NCBI GenBank assembly: GCA_043228905.1
Contig: JBHGNT010000011.1
Location: 7,750,001-7,814,000 of the forward strand
Direction of reading: 5' to 3'
Length of the DNA stretch: 64,000 bases
Source: Azolla caroliniana
Taxonomy: Eukaryota > Plantae > Polypodiophyta
Shown here in pieces: positions 56,289 to 64,000 of this stretch; positions within the stretch are counted from its first letter, which is position 1; the number at the start of each line of letters is the position of its first letter. The translations under genes and the position numbers were made by a program. The notes under the pieces are model-generated. The model was not told the origin of the DNA and searched no databases. It was given only the letters and a program-made list of their open reading frames with translations.

Positions 56289-56812
56289 TCATATTCATAT
56301 CGGACCACTCCTTACATGGTTGTTGGCTCCTTTCTTCCAAGGATAATCTCTCATATTCATATCGGACCACTCCTTACATGGTTGTTGGCTCCTTTCTTCC
56401 AAGGATAATCTCTCATATTCATATCGGACCACTCCTTACATGGTTGTTGGCTCCTTTCTTCCAAGGATAATCTCTCATATTCATATCGGACCACTCCTTA
56501 CATGGTTGTTGACGCCTTTCTTCAAAGGATAATCTCTCATATTGATATCAGACCACTCCTTACATGGTTTTTGGCTCCTTTCTTCAAAGGATAATCTCTC
56601 ATATTCATATCGGACCACTCCTTACATGGTTGTTGGCTCCTTTCTTCAAAGGATAATCTCTCATATTCATATCAGACCACCCCTTACATGGTTGTTGGCT
56701 CCTTTCTTCCAAGGATAATCTCTCAGATTCATATGGGACCACTCCTTACATGGTTGTTGGCTTCTTTCTTTCAAGAATGATCTTTCCTATTCATATCCAA
56801 TCCGTAACATGG
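56289..56812. repeat. 62-bp tandem minisatellite, about 8 copies (plus about 1.6 copies at 50681-50777)
   Basis: Unit TCATATTCATATCGGACCACTCCTTACATGGTTGTTGGCTCCTTTCTTCCAAGGATAATCTC at 56289, 56351, 56413 and onward. Confidence 0.95.
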
Positions 56813-58045
56813 TTCTAGAATTATAAAGAATCTACTTTCTTTTGCAATAAACGAATATTTTCTTTTACCTACTTGCCTCATGTGTAAATCTTGCTTGTGC
56901 TAAGCGTGTGAGCTTTAATTCCTTCCAGTCCATAACCCCAACGGTTCCACCTCACGATCCGCACATAGTGACAGATTTTTCACGACAACGTGTAGTGTCA
57001 ATTTCCATCAGAGTTGGAGTATTCACTGGAGACGCATTATATGACTCCCTTGGAAGAGGTTTTGCTACCACTGAGGTGTAGGTAAGCTCTGATCTTGGCC
57101 TCAGCATCTGGAACTGACGTTCCGAACGTTGTTTGAAAAGATTGTTGTCGCATCTCACCGCACGACTGATTGCTTCTGTCAATGACTTTGGTTCTTCGGG
57201 GAAGGTCAAGAGTAAATCCTTGACATCGTTACGTAGACCATAACGAAATTGCTCCATAATTGCTTGGTCATCCCAGGGGATATGGGAGGTGATTAGGCGG
57301 AAATTTGCAGCATATGGCGGAGATTGGACGATCACCTTGACGTAATCGTCGGATTTTGTTGATTGTCATCCTTATGCTATCAGTATCTCCAAAACAAGCT
57401 TTAAACTTGCTTATAAACTCCTCAAAATTATTTAGTAATGGAGATTCCTTTTCTAACAACAGAGCAAACCATGCCAAAGCTGAGCCACTTAACAACGTGC
57501 CTACTAAACCCACTTGTGATGCATCAGTGAGATATCGGGAAGGATGCATTTTGAATGACTAAACCCCTTGCATACTAGGTCCTTGTTGTTGCATCGCGAC
57601 TATGGTTGCTTCAAGTTGTTGCACGTGTAATGCTAGTTCCCCATGTTGTTGTTGCGTCTGTTGTTTCTCTAAGGAGATTTGTTGAAGCTACCCCAACGGT
57701 CATTGATTTTCTTGTTCCAATGTGAGAAACTTCTCTTTCAAGCATTACAACTCCGAATAAACGGATTGATATTCTCATGTGCTAATAGTGTCCATAGTAT
57801 GAGTGAAAAGAGGAATAAGATATTAGTATGAAGGGAGGGAGAATTAAGAAGATAAAGGAAGAGAAGGAAGGAGACAAAATCGGTTCAAACTGTCAAGAAC
57901 AGTACTAAGACACAGAAGTACTATGAGGAATAGTACTAAGACAGAAGGAATTAGTACTAAAAGATAAGGGAGGTGTAGAACTCTCGAGAGAAGGAAAGAG
58001 TGAGTGAGTGAGAGAGAGATCGAGAGAAAGAAAGAAAGATATATT

Positions 58046-58946
58046 AACGTCTTCTAAGGCCAAAATTGGCCCATGACTCAATTGGTTTACAACAAAATAA
58101 AATAAAGTAAAAATAGAACTTAAGCTAAAAGATTTCTAGTAGTGTACAAAACGTGGTATACTCGATAAAGGAAGTGACTTTACACTAAGCCTAATTTTAT
58201 TTCCACCCAAGCCTCTCGAAAATAAGTGGGAGGTCAAAGGGTTTTGGTGTGGGTGTGACCCGTGGTCCCAATGTAGGGAGTGCCCTAGCCATGGCTTCTA
58301 TGCGGTGTAGCTCACGTTCCCTTATTTTCATTATTGCTTCTACCCCACATCGAGTTGCTTTGAAACCCTGCACCCGAGGACGTTTGGTTCTTATGTGGTT
58401 TTCTACCTCATCAAGGGAAAGGCCGAGTGGTGCAGGTGTGTCGACATTCATTGCCTCCCCCTGTTCCTGAAAAACTTCATTTGTTACATGTTGGTGAACA
58501 TTAGCAACATTATTGTCAACATTTTGTAACTTATTCTCTCTGTGTTGTTTTAGCTCTAGAATGTATTTTCCTAATTTCTTTATATCTAGAGTATCTAATA
58601 GATTGGGGAGGGTGGGAGAGGAACCGAGTATGTCTTGGTATTTTGCCCTTATCCTAGCGTAGGTTGGACACTTGCATGTAAAGTGATACTCATCCTCTAT
58701 CTCTATGTGGCGTAATCTACATATCCTTTCCTCCCTCGGGACTCCATTAGTACGACCATTCTCAATCTCAAGTTGGTGAGATGATATTCTAAGTTGTCCA
58801 ATGGCAACCCTTAGTGCATGTGGTAAGAATAGATCTAGATATTTTGGCCGCGTGATAAAACCTAACTTAGAGAGGTGCATGAAGTGCTCCTTATAGTACA
58901 ACATTTTAGATGGGAGTGGCTCTAGTGGGGTGATCCATTTATACCG
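58046..58946 (-). mobile_element. 3' end of a non-LTR retrotransposon (LINE ORF2 C-terminal zinc finger, RTE/RTEX-like) with 3' UTR
   Basis: QLRISSHQLEIENGR..PREERICRL..IEDEYHFTCKCPTYARIR. The 3' end abuts the GA-rich microsatellite of the chromovirus LTR. Confidence 0.75.
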
Positions 58947-61900
58947 TGTTGGCCGGCAAGGCAAAAAGGGCCGGTTAGAGTCCAGAATGTAAACAGAGTA
59001 TTTAACTAGGAATAGGGAGTTGAAATTAATAAATATTATGAGAATTAATAAGTATTATGCTATTTTGAGAAGCAGACGGATGGACCCAGAATCGGTATGC
59101 CGATTCGGATCCGGACCGGATTGTTGTCAGTTGCCGATTGGCACCGGTTTGTAACTCAGTTGAAGACCTATAAAAGGACCGGACAAGAATGTAATCAAGG
59201 ACGGATAATTAATAGAAGTGTTGTTGTTTTGCATATAACTGTCTATCTGATTACCGTTTTGTGCTTAAGTTAATTTATCTTACGCGTGTATTACGATCAT
59301 TAACCGTGCGGGTTAGTAATCGGTTAAGACCTGTTCTCTATCACGGTCCATCCATATCTTCCCATACCACCCTTTGGTGAAGTGTTCCATAGGGACACCT
59401 TGTGTTAGGGCTTGTCCAGCATAAGGGATAACACAATTTTTGGCAACCATGATTCCTGCAGTGAGCAGAGAACACCGGGGGATGGATGTCTCAACCGACT
59501 AACGACCAAGTCACCGAACGAGGAAGAAGACTTGCCGAAAGACAGCAAAGGCGGGCAGCCTTCTAGCAAGCAGCCGAGGAGATTCGACAGGATCGGTCTT
59601 TTCCCAGAGTGCCTCGAAGGGGCGCGAAAGACGAGCTTCGATTCCAAAAACAACAATTTTCCGATGAGGGAAATAGTCTGACGAGCCTGCAAGAGGCAGA
59701 AGCGCGACTGCAGACGCTTGCCGGAGGCAACAGAGACTCGGAGGCATTCTCGGCCTTAGAGTCAGAATCGGATAGTGAACAAAGTGTTCAGCCGAATTAC
59801 AAAATCAGCCACGATACTCCGAACGATCCGAGGGACGACGAATCGGACAACTCATCAACACCACCCACGGAGACAACAAAAAACCATGCGCCAACACCAC
59901 CTGTAGAGGAAGCGGAAAATCGCGCACAACACCCATGGAGATAGCGGAAAACCGTGTACCAACACCACCCACGGAGACAGTGGAAAACCGTGCACCAACA
60001 CCAACCGCAGAGCAAGAACTAAACCACACATCTCCGATACAACCTCCTGAAGACTACAACATGATGTACCCATATCCGAAGTACCATGATGACCCTGACG
60101 CGGAGGCGCACGTCTATGCGTTCCTACAAATATGGGAAGTGAACCATGTATCCCAAAGGCTGACCGAACCGGAAGTCGAACGGTCAAAAATTGTCGTATT
60201 CGGCATGACATTAGAGGGACCGGCGGCCTGCTGGCACGCAAAGCACCTACCCAGAAGCTTTGCCACATTTGAGGCCTTGAAAACAAAATTCCTCCGACTA
60301 TTCTATAGGCAAGTGGAACAACGCGAACTAGTCAGACAGTTTTACACAACCCGCCAAGAGGAGCAGGAGACAGTGCCCCAATTTATCATCCGATTTCAAA
60401 CACTACACAGCCAATTAACAAGGGCACCTCCGGAGGAGGAGGCGAAACCGGTATTTCTGGTCGCTTTACAGGAACCCCTCCGAACGATGTGCGGAGTACT
60501 AGATTTCCAAGCCAGCACAATGGATCAAGTCATCGATCAAGTGCTAAAAATGGATAAACATAACTCCGTGATGACAATGGGAGCCTTGCAAAGGGCCCTT
60601 CCAAATCAGGAGGATCTCAGGTTTCGCTAGGCATTGCAATGCACAACGTGTCTAAACCCGGGCCATTCGACGGTAGATTGCACAACGAGGACGCAGTGTA
60701 TGATCTGCAACTCATGGGAACGCACAACGGACCGATGCGAGTACAACCTGCTCAACCGACAAGCGGCACCGGTGAGGATCATTGAACCATGTAGCAGTCA
60801 CGAACTGAACGATGAACGGTTCCAAAGAGAGGATCGATACCGACCAGAACGTGGGGATCGGTACAATGAGAGAAGACGCGACGACTATGGGCGCGATCGC
60901 AACGACCGACGCAGGGAAGGCCACAATCAAGATTAATATAAACATGGCGCCCAACCAGAACAAAGAAGAACAAAAGAACCTAACTGAGCGGTAACTGGAT
61001 TACAACAGGGTACCAAAACAAAAGCAGAATCTAACAATACCCGAAAGGTGTATTGCTACTATTGCCGACAGGAGGGCCATTACAGCAACCAAACTATTCC
61101 GAATGAAAAACGGTCGGCAGTCAATATGGTGGTAGCAAAAGTCGTGCATATACAACAAGTCACCACCAGATCAAAAGGAAAGACGACGGAGTGGGAAGCA
61201 CAAGAGGCCATCCGGAAACAGACCACCGAATGGATTGAGAAGGCGAATAAGCAGAACACGGCTGAATTCAAACAACAAAAGGAGACATCGACAGAGCTAA
61301 CCGACACAATACAGCCAGAGAACCCAACGTGGCAAGCGCTACAGGAATGTCAAATTACGTTGTCATTACGCCGGCTATTGCAATTAGTGCCCTGATTTAC
61401 GGAGGGGCTGAAATTGGCAATGACCCCAGCAAACTCGTTGCCGACTTTGGCTTTCTTTTTAAACCCAAAGGAAGGGCTGACAGTGGTGGACACAAGCAGT
61501 CCGGCAATCACTGTCATTGTCAAAGGACATGAGCTACCAAGGACGATCGTCGACGGAGGATCGAGCATTAATGTGATCAGCCTACGAACTTGTGACACCT
61601 TGGGAATTCAGGAATGGGAGCCTTGCCCGTTTTGGCTCCGGATGGCAGATACGAGTTCGGTAAGACCCACCGCTTTAATATGGGATCTGGAGGTAACAAT
61701 TGGAGGACATGCATTCCGCATTTCTACAGTAGTTCTCCAGTTAAATGCTCAAGGGGCTTATCCACTATTTCTTGGACGACCATGGTTGAGGACAGTGCAC
61801 ATTAAACAAAACTGGCGGAACAACATGATTACGTTCCGGCGAGGTAAAACCAAAGTACGGGTATCAACACATCCACAAACGAGGACCGGCAAAGAGCTAA

Positions 61901-63883
61901 CATTGTTATACGTTGAAAGTGTAAACATGTTGGAAGGGCTCGCCAATGAGGAAGTCGATCGGTATCTCGAGGAGAATCCAAAAATCGTGCCTTTGTTCGA
62001 AATAGATGTGGCCGAAGCAGTCTCCCCGTATATTGCACAACCGGAAGATGCCGGAGAGGAACCAGATAGAGAATTGCGTCAAGCACAGGAGGCCTTGGAA
62101 CGGGAGATGGCAGTATCTCAGCGGGTGAAGGCGTCCCAGCTGGAAGAAGTAAACTTGGGAACCGGAGAGGAAGCACGACCAATGCATATTGCCAAAAAGA
62201 TATCACCAGAAAACAAGACGACAATGATTACATTATTAAAAGAATGTCGGGACGTATTTGCTTGGTCCTATGAGGATATGTGAGGGTTGGATCCGTAGCT
62301 GTATCACCATCAAATACATCTAAGCAAGGTTGTAGCACAAAGGCGTTATCGAATGAACCCAAACTATGCGGCAAGGGTAAAAGAGGAGATCGACAAATTA
62401 CTCTGGGTCGGTTTTATCTGGCCGGTGAAGAAAGCTACTTGGTTGAGTTTGATAGTTGTCGTGCCGAAGAAGAGTGGTAAGATATGGGTTTGCGTCGATT
62501 ACCGGAAACTGAATCTTGCAACTGTTACCGATGCCTTTCCACTTCCATTTACGAATGGAGTTTTGGACGCAGTAGCCGATCGCGAGGTTTATAGCTTCCT
62601 CGACGGTTTCAACAAATACAATCAAATAAGGATGCACCCCGATGACCAAGAAAAGACGGCGTTCGTCACCGAATGGGGAGTCTTTGTAGCAGTAGTAATG
62701 ATGTTCGGACTCAAGACGGCGCCTACTACCTTTCAACAAATAATCATGTACATATTTGGAGAATTCATCCCGGCGTTTATGAAGGTGTTCTTGGATGACT
62801 TTCTCGTGTATAGCCGGCAAGGGGAACATCTCGACCATCTCCGGTTATGCCTAGAAAAATGCAGGGGTTAGCAGTTAAGCTTGAACCCGACAAATTGTGT
62901 GTTCAAGGTGACCAGTGGAACGCTACTTGGTCATATTGTCAGCAAGGACAAGATAGCCATAGATCCTGATAAGGTCAAAGCAATTTTGGAGGCACGGCAC
63001 TAACGACGGTCAAAGCATTAAGCAGATTCTTAGGACAGATTTGGTGGCATAGCCGAATGCTCAAATACTTGGCAGACCTGGCAACGCCATTACACGTAGT
63101 CATCCACCGAACACCATTTAAATGGACAGAGGAAGAAGACACGGCCTACCGGGTGCTCAAAGTAATGTTATCACAAGCAACGGTGGTACAACCCCCGGAC
63201 CGGTCCAAAGAAATCCATGTGTTTGTTGACGCGTAAGACATAGCAATCGGTAGTGCACTCATGAAGCTGATTGAACCCAAGTGGTACCGGTCGGTATACT
63301 ACGCGAGCCGGAAACTATCATAGGTGGAGCGAAATCACTCCACAATGGAAAGAGAGGCCTTGGGGATGATTTACAGTGTCATGAAATTCCGACACTATTT
63401 GTTGGGCCGAAAATTTTCATTTCACGTAGACCAGTCACATTCAGCACAACACTATTATATTTGGTCTCTAAGGCATCCCTCACCGGCAAGCTGGCCCGGT
63501 GAACATTGTTACTACAGGAATTCGAGTTCGAAATTTATCATCGGCCAGGGATACAGCACGCGGTTGCCGACTATTTGAACCGGTTAGAATCTGGAGAGAC
63601 CAGTGACGGTGTGCTAGATGAGTTTCCGAATGCCGAATTGTTTAAAATAACAGTGGAAACCACGTCGGATAGTACAGTTGCAGACAAGGACAAATGGCCA
63701 ACGAACATGCATCAGTTTTTAAGCACGAGACTACCTTCGGAAGAGATGAACCAAGATGAGCGGAAACAATTGGAGGTCCAGAGCCGACACTTTTGTTTAT
63801 TACAGGATACACTATACCACAAAGGAGCGGATGGCATATGGCGACGAGTAGATCGAAGTGATGAAAAAGAAACCATATTACGG
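58947..63883 (+). mobile_element. Athila/OTA-like gypsy 5' part: LTR 58947-59433, gag, protease, RT, RNase H, start of integrase
   Basis: LTR homologous to 13966-14288 plus 21358-21501. IVDGGSSINV protease, VFLDDF RT, HSTMEREALG RNase H. 63700-63880 matches 9250-9445. Confidence 0.9.
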
Positions 63884-64000
63884 TGTCGCGTTGTTACGCG
63901 TGTGCGTGTAGAAGGGCGGGACCACGGGGGTCTCGAACGAGGGAAGAAGGGAAGCCGAGAAGACGATTTCGGGCGCGTTCCGGAAGCAACCGAACAAGAG
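63884..64000. mobile_element. Probable start of another LTR inserted into the integrase
   Basis: Integrase homology stops at TTACGG and is followed by TGTCG, the terminal motif of the 4-bp-TSD gypsy lineage; the other end is outside the window. Confidence 0.5.

Larger units (their letters stand above)
49955..56987 (+). mobile_element. Solo LTR of the 4-bp-TSD gypsy lineage, containing a 62-bp tandem array and a nested copia
   Basis: TGTCGTG...CACGACA termini. TSD ATGT (49951-49954) / ACGT (56988-56991). The 3' end CTCACGATCCGCACATAGTGACAGATTTTTCACGACA matches the reverse complement of the LTR end at 34923. Confidence 0.85.
31273..58045 (-). mobile_element. Second Tcn1-like chromovirus, split into 31273-32755, 49734-49954 and 56988-57890, with LTR starting at 57891 (interrupted by a LINE)
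   Basis: The pieces join collinearly with 6770-9200 and 21502-22240 when insertions are removed (LLDSGANFC protease, EQFRYGLRNDVKD gag). Same self-priming-type site CAAAATCGGTTCAAA lies before 57891. Confidence 0.82.

Noticed and set aside
56289-56812. CRISPR array
   Set aside because: Head-to-tail 62-bp units with no unique spacers.
58197-58964. Host zinc-finger gene
   Set aside because: The motif matches a LINE ORF2 C-terminus, and the apparent start codon lies inside the adjacent LTR.

Overview
Gene-free, transposon-saturated window from a eukaryotic nuclear genome, most likely a seed-free land plant. The taxon is inferred from Tcn1-like self-priming chromoviruses, tRNA-Trp-primed gypsy elements with 4-bp TSDs and a nuclear psbA fragment. 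No intact host gene is visible. Most of the window is nested, decayed Ty1/copia and Ty3/gypsy LTR retrotransposons, plus a LINE 3' end and a hAT-like MITE. The standout is a DNA transposon at 32756-49733, about 8.8 kb once a nested gypsy is removed. It has 31-bp TIRs and a 4-bp TSD (TCGA/TTGA). It carries a Sola-like DDD transposase on the minus strand and, divergently, an intron-containing gene for a ParB-like domain fused to a prokaryote-type beta-class amino (N6A/N4C) DNA methyltransferase; a 51-bp-period palindromic array lies in that gene's probable first intron. Other notable signals are antisense tRNA-like Pol III A/B-box modules in the U3 of LTRs from two gypsy lineages, repeated insertion of one gypsy lineage into A-CG-N targets, and a psbA piece inside a copia LTR. 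Family names come from motif recognition by eye, not database searches, and all coding regions are pseudogenised copies.
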